Virus genome (UHGV): UHGV-0185283
Direction: 5' to 3' (one strand)
Source: a virus
DNA length: 21,276 bases
Part shown: positions 8,403 to 18,113 of the stretch, in pieces
Position numbering within the stretch: position 1 is the stretch's first letter
How the letters are laid out: each line of letters opens with the position of its first letter
The notes under the pieces: generated by a model
Database searches by the model: none
What the model saw: only the letters and a program-made list of their open reading frames with translations
What the model was told of the DNA's origin: nothing
Made by a program: the position numbers and the translations under genes

Positions 8403-9697
8403 TAATCACCCCATAGTGAAGAAAAGTTACTGCCAGCAGGAGATTGTTGTCCTGGCGTATTCTGTACTGGATCCTGATAATCAAACTGTTTTTTAACAGT
8501 GCTCAACTTGCTTTCAAGCTGATTTCTAATCTTTCCGATAGAGTCACGAAAAGCCTTTTCACTCATTTTGGGGCTTAGGGCACCAACCGCATCGGATAAT
8601 TTTTTACCCTCAGCATCTGAAAGAGCGCCCATACCCTTCAGGGACTGCACCATAGGAAGGAATGTTTGAGCTTTAAAGGTGTCGAGCCTTGCTTCAAAGT
8701 TAGCCGCATCAGAGCCAGGAACTGTCGGAAACGCTGAGCGAATTCCTACTGCTTTTGAAAGGCCGGGGCTTTGCTCTATCTCGTTGAGAGAATCAAGCGC
8801 GGTGCTGAACGTATCAACTGCACCCTGAGCGGCGGCCTGCCTGTCAGCGCGGGCTATGTCAGCCTTTTGCCGAACATCTGCCTGTTTCTGTTTTAGCTCT
8901 TCAAGCTTTAACTGATTGCTTTCTCTGGCTATCTGTCTGTCCAGAGCCTTTTCTTGTAATTCTGCTCTTTGTATTTCTCGGGAAAGAGCAGCATTCTGTG
9001 CGCTGATGTTCTGTCCACGTATCTGGATGTCCTGACCTCGAGCTGTTAGTGCTTCTCCTGCCTGATTGCTGCGGATTGTCTCTGCCAGCCTGCCTCGGTC
9101 AATCTCACGACCAGCCATCTTGTCCTGAACATTGAAGTAGTCAATCGGACCAAGCGCAGCCATCCCAAGGTGATCAACAAACTCACCAAATCCTGAAGGA
9201 TTCTGCTGATACATCTGAGCAACGCTGTTAGGGTCAACACCGACGCGAGTCAGTTCCTTGGCGTTGTTTTGCAGCCATGATTGCATTGCTTCTGGAGACG
9301 ATGATGCAAGGCGGGCGCCAGCCGCTAAGGTGCCGATAGAATTGCGCTGGTCTTCATCAATGAACCCCATGCCTTTACGAACGGATTCAATCTGGTCTGG
9401 ATATTCAGTAGCTAACTGACGCAAAGCACCGCGATCACCAGACGCATAAGCATTAGCGTATGCCTGCTGAAATTCTTTCTGCCGCTGAGCCTGCTTTTCC
9501 TGCTGAAACACCCCCGCAATACCTGAAAGGCCTTGCAAAGCAGTCAGCCCAACATTGTTAGCGCCTGAACGCTCAATATCATTGTTCTGCCTGATAAGCT
9601 GAAGCGTATTGCCGATGTCATTTACGTTCGGAGCGTTTGAGTTGACACCACCGATACCAGCCAACAATCCGCCATTTGTTCCTTGCCAAGTAGCCAT
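8402..9697 (-). CDS. Ejection (E) protein, P22 gp20-like
   Basis: 431-aa protein between the gp7-like and gp16-like genes; Gln/Ala-rich coiled-coil-like composition; translationally coupled to neighbours. Confidence 0.65.
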   Translation of the reverse strand: MATWQGTNGGLLAGIGGVNSNAPNVNDIGNTLQLIRQNNDIERSGANNVGLTALQGLSGIAGVFQQEKQAQRQKEFQQAYANAYASGDRGALRQLATEYPDQIESVRKGMGFIDEDQRNSIGTLAAGARLASSSPEAMQSWLQNNAKELTRVGVDPNSVAQMYQQNPSGFGEFVDHLGMAALGPIDYFNVQDKMAGREIDRGRLAETIRSNQAGEALTARGQDIQIRGQNISAQNAALSREIQRAELQEKALDRQIARESNQLKLEELKQKQADVRQKADIARADRQAAAQGAVDTFSTALDSLNEIEQSPGLSKAVGIRSAFPTVPGSDAANFEARLDTFKAQTFLPMVQSLKGMGALSDAEGKKLSDAVGALSPKMSEKAFRDSIGKIRNQLESKLSTVKKQFDYQDPVQNTPGQQSPAGSNFSSLWGD

Positions 9698-9706
9698 GAT
9701 TACCCC

Positions 9707-10399
9707 TTAAAACAACGAGCCAAGCAATCCGATACCAGCACCAATGCCAGCGCCCCAAGGTGTTGATGTTCCCAAAAGGCTGGCAAGACCTGCACCGGCA
9801 ATCGCACCAGACGTTCCGCCACTAATTGCTGTCTGAAGACTTGATGGTTTGTTGGCATTAGCAGCGGCAAGAGCTGCGCTTTGCTGTGCAATGCTGCTCA
9901 TGTTGTTGGCGTACGTCTGCCCGGCGTTTGCCTGACCTTGCAGCGCACCAAGCCCAACGTTTGCCAGATTGTTGTAATTGCTCATCTGGTTTGATAACCA
10001 AGACTGACCGAGTGTCGGCGCGATCGTAGCCAGTTGATTGCTTGTGGCTGTCGAACCAAGTCCACCAGTCGCCTCCGCAGCAGCAAGACTCTGGTAACGC
10101 GCCTGACCTGCAAGGTCTTTATACTGCTGAGAATTGTAATACTGATTAAGTGCCTTCCCCTGACCTTCTAAACTGGAAAGATTCTGAAGCTGGTTAACAT
10201 ACTGCTCCGCAAGAGGCGTGAACGGAGCAAGGTTTTTCATGATCGTCTGCCACTGCTGATTTTGCAGGTCTGCGGCATACTTCTGAGCTTCTGCTGCATA
10301 TTTTGCGCTTTTATCAGAACTGCCACCTTTCCCGCCTTTTTCAGGGCAATAAGGTTCCTCACCGCGCAGTTTTCTGCCCAGCTTAAATGCATATAACAT
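9707..10399 (-). CDS. Ejection (E) protein, P22 gp7-like
   Basis: 230-aa protein; N-terminus MLYAFKLGRKLRGEEPYCPEKGGKGGSSDKSAKYAAEAQKYAADLQNQQ and Gly/Ala-rich C-terminus match remembered P22 gp7; similar size to P22 gp7 as recalled. Confidence 0.75.
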   Translation of the reverse strand: MLYAFKLGRKLRGEEPYCPEKGGKGGSSDKSAKYAAEAQKYAADLQNQQWQTIMKNLAPFTPLAEQYVNQLQNLSSLEGQGKALNQYYNSQQYKDLAGQARYQSLAAAEATGGLGSTATSNQLATIAPTLGQSWLSNQMSNYNNLANVGLGALQGQANAGQTYANNMSSIAQQSAALAAANANKPSSLQTAISGGTSGAIAGAGLASLLGTSTPWGAGIGAGIGLLGSLF

Positions 10400-10401
10400 G
10401 G

Positions 10402-10857
10402 CTATCTCCCGTGATTCAGGAAGTCGATTAGTTCTTCGCGTGTGGCGCTGTAAAACGTCACGTCATCCACGCCTTTGAAGTATTTCTTGATGGTTCCTAC
10501 ACGCTTAAGGCCAATCATTGCGCAGTACATCTGCCCGTGGCGGAATTTGCGTGCAGCGAACGATGTGACGCACTGAACGGTGGTGTTAGTCAGAATGTAT
10601 CGCCAGAACGCCAGCCCGATTTCCTTGCTGAATCCGCGAATCTCTGGCAGGTACATGGCGTGGCAATCAAAGGTCAAAGGCTGAATCTCCTGATAGTAAA
10701 CAATTCCGCCGAACTGCCCGTGCACGTTCACCTCAAAGTAACGGCAATCAGGTTTGTAGTCGTATCCATCACCGTTGTTGCTCCCGGCGATAATGTCAGG
10801 GTGATTTCCGACTGCTTCGATCAGGTCAATGTTTCGCGTTGGTTTGAATGTAATCAT
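10402..10857 (-). CDS. P22 gp14-like virion protein
   Basis: 151-aa ORF in the gp14 position between the tail needle and gp7; assignment is by synteny and size only. Confidence 0.55.
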   Translation of the reverse strand: MITFKPTRNIDLIEAVGNHPDIIAGSNNGDGYDYKPDCRYFEVNVHGQFGGIVYYQEIQPLTFDCHAMYLPEIRGFSKEIGLAFWRYILTNTTVQCVTSFAARKFRHGQMYCAMIGLKRVGTIKKYFKGVDDVTFYSATREELIDFLNHGR

Positions 10858-11558
10858 CAGTCAATCAGCCCATGTAATCTAAGTGCCGTTTCAAGCGCCA
10901 GAATACGCTGCCGCGCCTGCTGCAAACCTGTAGCGAGAGATGCGACTTCGGATTGTGTGTACGTAGTGCCGACAGTGTATGACTGGTTAGCGTTGAATGA
11001 GCCAAGAAGTGGCGTACCTGTGGCTGCTGTCCACCCTGTCTGACGAGCACCAATAACCTTGGTGCCGCCGACCGAATAGGATGTTGTTACATTGAGGGGA
11101 GATGCCAGCGATTGTGTTGCAGTGGCTGTTTTCGATACATAGTCGTCCTGTAATGCAGAAATGTTGCTCTCAGCAGTCGTAACCCGGCCATCAAGAGCGC
11201 TGACGTCAGCCTGTAAAGTGACTATTTCTCCTTCAGCCGTGGTTAGTCTGACATCCAGCTCTGCAATTGCCGCAGTATTCGCAGCAATACGGATTTCATG
11301 GTCATCTACTTCAATGCGGAGCTGACGAATTCTTTCTTCGTGATCGACCAGAATCACATCCTGCTCATCGTTCCTGACTTGTGCGTCATAAGCGCCCTGT
11401 CCGGCCTCGTTGGCCTTGTTCGCCACGTTACCAACATCAGTACCCTGTGCGATAACGTAAAGCAGATATGACTGCGAGAAGATATTGCGTGGAAGGATTG
11501 ATGTATCGAGCCGCGTCGCCTGAACAATAACAGGTGTATTGAGATTCGAATCCGCCAT
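10857..11558 (-). CDS. Tail needle protein, P22 gp26-like
   Basis: 233 aa, same length as remembered for P22 gp26, and highly similar along most of its length ([43 protein letters not shown]...; heptad-rich coiled-coil core). Confidence 0.85.
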   Translation of the reverse strand: MADSNLNTPVIVQATRLDTSILPRNIFSQSYLLYVIAQGTDVGNVANKANEAGQGAYDAQVRNDEQDVILVDHEERIRQLRIEVDDHEIRIAANTAAIAELDVRLTTAEGEIVTLQADVSALDGRVTTAESNISALQDDYVSKTATATQSLASPLNVTTSYSVGGTKVIGARQTGWTAATGTPLLGSFNANQSYTVGTTYTQSEVASLATGLQQARQRILALETALRLHGLID

Positions 11559-12976
11559 TACTCAATCCTTATCTGGCAGCCAGACAGAGTGACAGGTGAC
11601 TTCGTGATAACGCGCAATTTGAAGCCGACATTTTTCCTGATGCGCCCTACTCGCTTCCACAAAACGCGTTTGTCGTAAACGAACGGTTCATTCTGCTCAA
11701 TCATCTGCTCACGCCCGTAATTGATGCCGTCAGTGGTTGCAGAGAGAAAAAGGCGGTCAGCATACTGCGCAACGCCAGTTGACGATTCAACCTCAAGGTC
11801 GAACACTCTGGCGTTATCCGCTTTGAACAGTGGAGTAAACAGCAGGTGTTCCTGTTGCTTGTCGTACTGGCTGCTGATGTCGAATTGCAATTTCCCGGTC
11901 ACGGACTCCAGCTTATCGCCGCACGTTATCTGATTGCCTTCGTAAATGAAGTCGATAGCGCGGTACACATCGTCATACAGGCCTGTTTTCAACACACACC
12001 ATTGCGGACCATTGGCGCTTGAAGATGCGTCGTAAACAAGAACATGGCGAGGAAGGTGGATAATCAGCAACTCATGAGCATCAAACCGCAGCGATTCCAT
12101 CACACCATCAGCCAGTTCATCAGCAGTGTAGGAGCGGAGGATTTTCTCAATGCTCGCGCTGGCGATTGGTGACACCTGACCGGAGCCGATGATGTATACA
12201 GACGGAGCACCTGTTGCCGGATTGCTGATAAACGCATAAGAATCAGCAAACGGCGTTTTACAGTAAGTTCCGGCAATGCCTTTTTGCACCATCAGTGATG
12301 GCTGTGCGACATACAAAGCAGCACCAACGGTGGTTGCGCCAGTCAGGGAGAAATATTCAATAGTCGATGAACCAAAGCAGACGATGAAGTCTCGCCATGT
12401 CCCGATACCGATGATGCCGTCCGGCTGAGACTCGGCACGATATTGTGCGCTGTAACGGTCAGGATGCGATTCGTCTTCAAGGTCAGTGATAAACCATGAA
12501 TCAGTGCCGTCTTTTGACCACGCATAACGCCCACGTAAACGCGTAATGTCGCGAACCGAACCTAACTCATACTGAGTGAATCCGCTGTCTGTAGGCCAGT
12601 TTGAGACTGTTTTAACCGTGCCATCATAGCGATACTCGATCAGTTGACCATTAACGCCTACCGCCTGAGATGTTCGACCATGCGCCATTGATACGCGACC
12701 ACTTCCGGCAACATCACCGACCTCGCTTTCGCCTTTGTAGAGCTTGCCGCCACACACACGATAGACAGCATTCTGCGCCATGTTGTACTCGACGCCTCGA
12801 GATACACCGTTCACATCAGAACGTTTGGCAATGCCCGGGAATGAGCGAAGATATCCGCTGCTGTTGAGGATTTCTTTGGGTGTAGCCAGCATATTCACTG
12901 GCAGATAGTCGATATAGTCGGCGTTTCGAAAGTCTTTGCCGACACCTTTCATAAGCGGAAGTTGCTGAATCGGCAT
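11558..12976 (-). CDS. Tail accessory factor / tail hub protein, P22 gp10-like
   Basis: 472 aa, same length as remembered for P22 gp10, with near-identical sequence from [49 protein letters not shown] onwards. Confidence 0.85.
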   Translation of the reverse strand: MPIQQLPLMKGVGKDFRNADYIDYLPVNMLATPKEILNSSGYLRSFPGIAKRSDVNGVSRGVEYNMAQNAVYRVCGGKLYKGESEVGDVAGSGRVSMAHGRTSQAVGVNGQLIEYRYDGTVKTVSNWPTDSGFTQYELGSVRDITRLRGRYAWSKDGTDSWFITDLEDESHPDRYSAQYRAESQPDGIIGIGTWRDFIVCFGSSTIEYFSLTGATTVGAALYVAQPSLMVQKGIAGTYCKTPFADSYAFISNPATGAPSVYIIGSGQVSPIASASIEKILRSYTADELADGVMESLRFDAHELLIIHLPRHVLVYDASSSANGPQWCVLKTGLYDDVYRAIDFIYEGNQITCGDKLESVTGKLQFDISSQYDKQQEHLLFTPLFKADNARVFDLEVESSTGVAQYADRLFLSATTDGINYGREQMIEQNEPFVYDKRVLWKRVGRIRKNVGFKLRVITKSPVTLSGCQIRIE

Positions 12977-12985
12977 TTATTCACC

Positions 12986-13447
12986 TCACGTACTCGGATC
13001 ATCTTTCTCGATGTAAAACCGATTCCACGTAAACGCGCTTTTGTTACCACTACCGCGAGGCATGTCATTTCGCCGCTCAAGTGGTGGTATTTTGGTTAAA
13101 GCGATGCAGATTGTCTGATATGCGCTGTCAGCAGCGGTAAGGAGAGCATCTGACGGCTGAATGACGTTATCCATGCACACTTGCACAGCGAGTTTCAAAG
13201 CGACGCCATCATTTGCCCATGCAGGGATACCTGAATCATCGTCAGGTAACGGCATGATGCCGTTTTCTGTATCAGCAAACTGATATCCAAGCTCGATACC
13301 TTTCGCCTGCCATGCTGCCATCATGTCTTCGAGGTCATTAATGGCATCTTCTATTGCCTGAGGGTCGGCATCTGTCAACGTGGCATTGGAATACAGCCCG
13401 GCTTTTCGTAAAGCCTTAAGAACGAGATCACCCTTCGTTTTCGCCAT
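12986..13447 (-). CDS. Head-completion / tail accessory factor, P22 gp4-like
   Basis: 153-aa protein immediately upstream of the gp10-like gene; MAKTKGDLVLKALRKAGL N-terminus resembles remembered gp4. Confidence 0.65.
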   Translation of the reverse strand: MAKTKGDLVLKALRKAGLYSNATLTDADPQAIEDAINDLEDMMAAWQAKGIELGYQFADTENGIMPLPDDDSGIPAWANDGVALKLAVQVCMDNVIQPSDALLTAADSAYQTICIALTKIPPLERRNDMPRGSGNKSAFTWNRFYIEKDDPST

Positions 13448-13616
13448 CTTCTTCCGCCTTAGCCACTTTATGCTTCGTTGCGGTTTCTTCAGGAGTTTTT
13501 ACCCAGCCTTTTTTCAGGTGAGATTTAACTTCTTCGTCATCAACAATGATGTAATCGACAGCAAACTGACCACAGGTGATCATGTTGCCAGGCTTATAGA
13601 GCATTGTTCGTGCCAT
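13428..13616 (-). CDS. Hypothetical small protein between the coat and gp4-like genes
   Basis: 62 aa from MARTMLYKPGN with GGAGA 5 nt upstream; acidic C-terminus; the ORF-track start at 13655 lies inside the coat terminator hairpin, so the internal Met is preferred; 3' end overlaps the gp4 start by 20 nt. Confidence 0.5.
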   Translation of the reverse strand: MARTMLYKPGNMITCGQFAVDYIIVDDEEVKSHLKKGWVKTPEETATKHKVAKAEEDGENEG

Positions 13617-13625
13617 TGTCTTCTC

Positions 13626-13651
13626 CAAATAAAAATGGGGCCGAAGCCCCA
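13626..13651 (-). terminator. Rho-independent terminator immediately after the coat gene
   Basis: Minus strand TGGGGC-TTCG-GCCCCA (6-bp GC stem, UUCG tetraloop) followed by TTTTTATTT; begins 7 nt after the coat stop codon. Confidence 0.6.
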
Positions 13652-13657
13652 CCAAAA

Positions 13658-14911
13658 TTACTGCCCGGCAATAACGATGCCCGTATATTCAGGAACAAGT
13701 ACAGAGCAACCGTACAGGGTGGTGAAACGCGCAGTGGTTACACCTTTGATGTGGTCGAAGGCGTAAGACATGATCAGCGTAGCGCCCTGCTCGGTGGTTG
13801 CTGTCATTACCTGTGGCCCCTGACCAGTAGGGAACGCCAGTTTGCCGTACATCAGCTCAACAGAACCATCAGCCCAGAACAGGTTAGCCGGTGCGGCATT
13901 TTTGTTGAGAATGGTAATTGCTGCACCATTTGCCGCGTTAGCATCAACGTTTGCATATGGTCGGCTGGCGACATCCGCGTTGTCAGGCGGCAGAATTTTC
14001 GGGGAGATAGTTACTGTCGTTCCGCTTACTGCCAGAACGCGGAATACCTGCAGCTGCCCGGTGGTATCTTTGGTGATCTGGTGTACGGAATTCACCCCTG
14101 CAATGGTAAACGCATCGCCAACCTGCAAACCAGATGCAGATACCGTAATGGTCCCCTGTCGGTTATCCACTGGCATATCGTTGGCATCTTTCGCTTCAAC
14201 CTTGTGCGCAGGTTCAGCCGCCAGCGTCAGGGAAGTTGCTGTACCCTTCGGAACACGACCAGAAATATCGGTCTTGTAGCTATCGAAGGACGCAACCGGA
14301 GGGATCTGCGCTTTTTCGTATGCTGTCAAGGTTGCGCCCTGAGCATAGGCACGGTGACCAAGCTCGCCAGCAAGGTCTTTGTAGTTGAAGGGGTTCCAGA
14401 AAGAGCGGCGGTTGATACCCTGCGGTACACCAATCGCCGTCATAGTGGCATCAATACCTGCCGCACAGTTCCACAAATCACGGCCCTGTGAACCAGTGGT
14501 TGAGTCAGACATTGTGATCACGTTAGTAGCACGCTGCGTAACCATGGAAATTAGGTCAGAGTCAATCTGTGCAGCAAGGCGCATACCTGCGGCGCGACCA
14601 GCTTCAGTTTTATGTTCCGGGTCACGCATTTCACGCGCATCCAGAGTGTACAGAATGTTTTTCGGCTCCTTGAACACAGAAGGAACAAGGCGCTGAACCA
14701 GTGCTGTTGGCGTTTTGCTGCTGAGGTCGAGGCCTTCCTCAATATTCATGTGGTAATGCTGCGGACGATACAGAACATCACCTGCTCGCTGCATTGCTGT
14801 ATCACCGGGACGGAATTTTTTAGCGTTACGGGAAACTACGCAGGCGGCCTCAAAGCCTTCAACGTAGTTTTCGAACATGATTTCAAGGTCTTTTGCTAAT
14901 TGGTTAGCCAT
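13658..14911 (-). CDS. Major capsid (coat) protein, P22/Sf6 type
   Basis: 417-aa protein directly after the scaffolding gene and before the gp4 block; size and position match P22/Sf6 coat; strong terminator downstream. Confidence 0.8.
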   Translation of the reverse strand: MANQLAKDLEIMFENYVEGFEAACVVSRNAKKFRPGDTAMQRAGDVLYRPQHYHMNIEEGLDLSSKTPTALVQRLVPSVFKEPKNILYTLDAREMRDPEHKTEAGRAAGMRLAAQIDSDLISMVTQRATNVITMSDSTTGSQGRDLWNCAAGIDATMTAIGVPQGINRRSFWNPFNYKDLAGELGHRAYAQGATLTAYEKAQIPPVASFDSYKTDISGRVPKGTATSLTLAAEPAHKVEAKDANDMPVDNRQGTITVSASGLQVGDAFTIAGVNSVHQITKDTTGQLQVFRVLAVSGTTVTISPKILPPDNADVASRPYANVDANAANGAAITILNKNAAPANLFWADGSVELMYGKLAFPTGQGPQVMTATTEQGATLIMSYAFDHIKGVTTARFTTLYGCSVLVPEYTGIVIAGQ

Positions 14912-14929
14912 GCTTAATGCTCCGATAGG

Positions 14930-15823
14930 TTATTTTTTTGCCTTTTTAGCGGCGAAATACGGCGTCCAGTCACCAGTTTCCAGCGCCTTGGCTTTCAGTT
15001 TGTCGAGGTTATTGATTACTGCGCCGTTGCTCCCCTTAACTGTCGGGGTTGTGGCTGCCGTGGTTTTTGCTTTTGGCATGATTCTGGCCTTCGATTCGAT
15101 ACGTTCCAGCAGACGACCAATTGCTACGGGGTTGGTAGCTTCTGCCAGTTGCTTGCGCAGTTCAGCGTTGCGACCAAGCGCCAGAACAACGATTTCCGGC
15201 TTCTCTGACTCAAACAGGATCGCGTTTTGTGTCTCGATGGGGATTTCCTCGAGTACGGCCTGTTCTGCTTCCTGATAGCCAGGAACCTTGAGAGCCTTAA
15301 CACGTTGCTGATATTTGGATAATCGCTCTTGATAAGCAGCCTGAAGCTCCTGCTCCTTCTGCTTGCGAGCCATCTCCTGTTGCTGGTACTTTCCGTTATC
15401 CTCTGCCCACTTAGCCATGCGTTGCTGATAGATTTCTTCATCGAAACCGATGTCCTCATCATCCAGTTTTGGCATTCGCGGTGGTTGAGTGATTACCGGC
15501 TGCTGCTCGACGGGTTTCTGAGACTGACGCATCAGCTCTTTCAGCTCGCGATCTTTCTCTTTAATCGTCTTGCGCAGGTGTTTTACCAGTCCATGCTCTG
15601 CGCTATCTTCGCTGGTTGGCGAATCCAGCTTTTCGTCACCAAAGTAGAATTCCTGTTCTGATTCGTCGTCATCAGTTTCAGTAGCTTCCTCTGCATCATT
15701 GCCAGAGGACTCACTGCCATCTTCTGTTTCGACTTCTTCAGCCAGTTCGACATCATCAGGAATCTGCTCTGACGCGTCGGTTTCGATTTCAACTTCTGGT
15801 GTGTTTTCTGCCATCTGGTCCAT
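14930..15823 (-). CDS. Scaffolding protein
   Basis: 297-aa highly acidic, Glu/Gln/Lys-rich, predicted helical protein with a basic C-terminal tail (...DWTPYFAAKKAKK), positioned between portal and coat as P22 gp8 is. Confidence 0.8.
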   Translation of the reverse strand: MDQMAENTPEVEIETDASEQIPDDVELAEEVETEDGSESSGNDAEEATETDDDESEQEFYFGDEKLDSPTSEDSAEHGLVKHLRKTIKEKDRELKELMRQSQKPVEQQPVITQPPRMPKLDDEDIGFDEEIYQQRMAKWAEDNGKYQQQEMARKQKEQELQAAYQERLSKYQQRVKALKVPGYQEAEQAVLEEIPIETQNAILFESEKPEIVVLALGRNAELRKQLAEATNPVAIGRLLERIESKARIMPKAKTTAATTPTVKGSNGAVINNLDKLKAKALETGDWTPYFAAKKAKK

Positions 15824-15913
15824 TTGTTACCCCTGTTTACTCGATGTTCAGCCCATCGGAAGGCAATAGGGTGCCAGGCCTCATAAAGACAGCCATTGCA
15901 CGTTATGGGTTAA

Positions 15914-18112
15914 TTACTGCTGTGGTTGTTGCCGGGTTGATTTTTGCAGGATGCTGCTGATGTCCATGCGCTGCGCATGGCCCTGTGCCTGACTTTTCAG
16001 GACAAGCTCTGCATCAGCACGGGCATTGTCTCCTTGCTGTTGCTGGAACTGTCCGAGCAGTTTCAGAGCCTCGCGGATATCAGATTTCTGCTGGCTATCG
16101 GCAGATGCGAGTATTTTCACAACATTTGCCGCTGCAACCTGAGCATCAGTTTGTGCCTGGAATGCTTTAACCTGAATGGCTGCCTGTTCGTTCTGCGCTT
16201 TCTGCAATTCAGCCTGACCAGCAAGAAGCTGACCTTGCGCTGCAACCATAGCCGGATCTGGCTGACTGGCCTGTTGTTGTTTCGCCTGTTCAACCATCTG
16301 CTGCTCTTCAGGCGTTCTCGGCTTGATAACGCCAGACAGAAGCAACTGATTGCGGTTGTATTCTTTCAGGTCGTCCATCCCTTCGCCGTCCATATTGTCG
16401 AGAATCATCGACGATACAAGGTCGTGCTTCGGAGTTCCTGGTGGGATAAGTGCCAGCATGGAAAGTAACGACTTAACCGTTGCATCACGGCGAGTAGCGA
16501 ACGACTGGCCAACATCGACAGTCACTTCATAGTTACCCTGCGAAAGGTCATTAAGCGCGATAACCTGCCCTGTCTGACGGTCAACCACTTCACCAGTCAT
16601 CAGCGCCACGTCATCGCTGCCGTCCTCATTAACGATACGCATCGGCGTATCACTGCCATAGACCTCACGCGCCATAGAAAGCCACACAACGCCAGCGCGA
16701 CGCATGGATTTAGCCATGTTGTCCATGTAGATATAGGACTGCGTGTCCATCCGGTTAAAGATGCTATCAACGGTATCGGTAGCGACGTTGCTCGGCATGT
16801 TCTCAAGCTGCGACGCACCTGTAATTTGCTGAATAGCCGTTCCGGTGTACTGCAATAGCCCGGCAAGAGCAGGAGGCATTTGTGTCGGAGGTGTCCAGCC
16901 AGCAACCTGAGCCTCTGAAATGACCGTTCCGTTTTTGTCCTTCTTGCTGGTCATGGGAAGAACTGCAGGTCTTTTCTTATTCCTCTCTGCCCAGTGATTC
17001 ATTAATGGGCCGGGAATGAAATCAACATCCACGATAGGAATGCCATCACCGCCAGCCTGAGTAGCGTTATCTGCAATCATAGAAACCATCAGGTTCTCAA
17101 GACGCTGTGCATCCATCGCTTTTGCTGCGTGGCCTTCTATTCGCTCCTGATTATCAACAAATGAGCGACGCCCATATACCGGGATGAGAGGAATATGTTC
17201 GCCCGGAATACGCTTCGGTTCTTCCAGCCATTCAGCGCCAGACAGAAGACCGCAATAAACGCGGCGCTTCTTCACCGTTCGCTCGCCAATCAGTTCGAAT
17301 GCACCATCGGTCAGCTCGTCGACAATATCTTTGATTTGCTCTTCATCATAGATTGCCGTTTCTCCGCTAACAGGGTTGCGCCACGCCGTGAGCTTCACCT
17401 TCTCTATGCGAACTTCGTAGTAGCGTCCAACATAGATGGCATCGGGCGTTGACCAGTCATACTGAGTACCAGTGTCATCCCGAGAAAGGCTTGCCGCAAT
17501 GGAATCAGGGTATTCAGCCTCGAACGCTTTAGGCGTCATGGAGAACATTTCCATAGCCCACATAGCATCAGAGCGGTCATATTGCTTGCTGTCCTGATCG
17601 AAGAAGACGCATGTCGCCGGGTCGTAAACAGGAAGAAGGCTGATGCGCCTCTGCTCATTACTAGGATCCATTTCATCTTCGTAATCGGCACACATGCGGA
17701 AACAACCAAATCCACCCGTTACGGCATCATCAAATGCGTTATCACACGCTTCGCCACCGGATGTTTCCTGATAGTCAGCGCGGAATTTTCCGTTCATCTT
17801 TTCGGCTAACGCTTCCGATGCCTTATCGTCCTTCGGTCTGAATTTAACGCTGATGCGATTCTGTCGATACTCGCCAATGATGCGATCACATTCACGGGCA
17901 ATCTTATTCAGTTCAAAACGCGGATAATGCTCAAACCTGCCTTCATCAAATGAGTAACCAGCGTTTGTGCTGCCTTCCCACTGTGCGCCGGACACCCTGA
18001 CGAAACGTTGAGCCTCAATAATCTGCTCACGCATATCCTGCGTTGCTGACCAGGCATTATCAAAGTTGCACAGCACCTTGCGATGCCAGTCAGTCATCTT
18101 TTTTTCTGCCAT
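15914..18112 (-). CDS. Portal protein, P22 gp1-like
   Basis: 732 aa; internal motifs KRRRVY...GEHIPLIPVYG and the long Gln/Ala-rich C-terminal helical region (PDPAMVAAQGQLLAGQAELQKAQNEQ...) match the remembered P22 portal. Confidence 0.85.
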   Translation of the reverse strand: MAEKKMTDWHRKVLCNFDNAWSATQDMREQIIEAQRFVRVSGAQWEGSTNAGYSFDEGRFEHYPRFELNKIARECDRIIGEYRQNRISVKFRPKDDKASEALAEKMNGKFRADYQETSGGEACDNAFDDAVTGGFGCFRMCADYEDEMDPSNEQRRISLLPVYDPATCVFFDQDSKQYDRSDAMWAMEMFSMTPKAFEAEYPDSIAASLSRDDTGTQYDWSTPDAIYVGRYYEVRIEKVKLTAWRNPVSGETAIYDEEQIKDIVDELTDGAFELIGERTVKKRRVYCGLLSGAEWLEEPKRIPGEHIPLIPVYGRRSFVDNQERIEGHAAKAMDAQRLENLMVSMIADNATQAGGDGIPIVDVDFIPGPLMNHWAERNKKRPAVLPMTSKKDKNGTVISEAQVAGWTPPTQMPPALAGLLQYTGTAIQQITGASQLENMPSNVATDTVDSIFNRMDTQSYIYMDNMAKSMRRAGVVWLSMAREVYGSDTPMRIVNEDGSDDVALMTGEVVDRQTGQVIALNDLSQGNYEVTVDVGQSFATRRDATVKSLLSMLALIPPGTPKHDLVSSMILDNMDGEGMDDLKEYNRNQLLLSGVIKPRTPEEQQMVEQAKQQQASQPDPAMVAAQGQLLAGQAELQKAQNEQAAIQVKAFQAQTDAQVAAANVVKILASADSQQKSDIREALKLLGQFQQQQGDNARADAELVLKSQAQGHAQRMDISSILQKSTRQQPQQ

Positions 18113-18113
18113 A

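Noticed and set aside
13604-14491. 295-aa plus-strand ORF, with similar long plus-strand ORFs at 10537-11043, 15944-16468, 18156-18620 and 18801-19445
   Set aside because: All lie antisense to well-supported structural genes (coat, gp14/gp26, portal, terminase) and have Cys/Arg-rich low-complexity translations typical of shadow ORFs; no RBS context.
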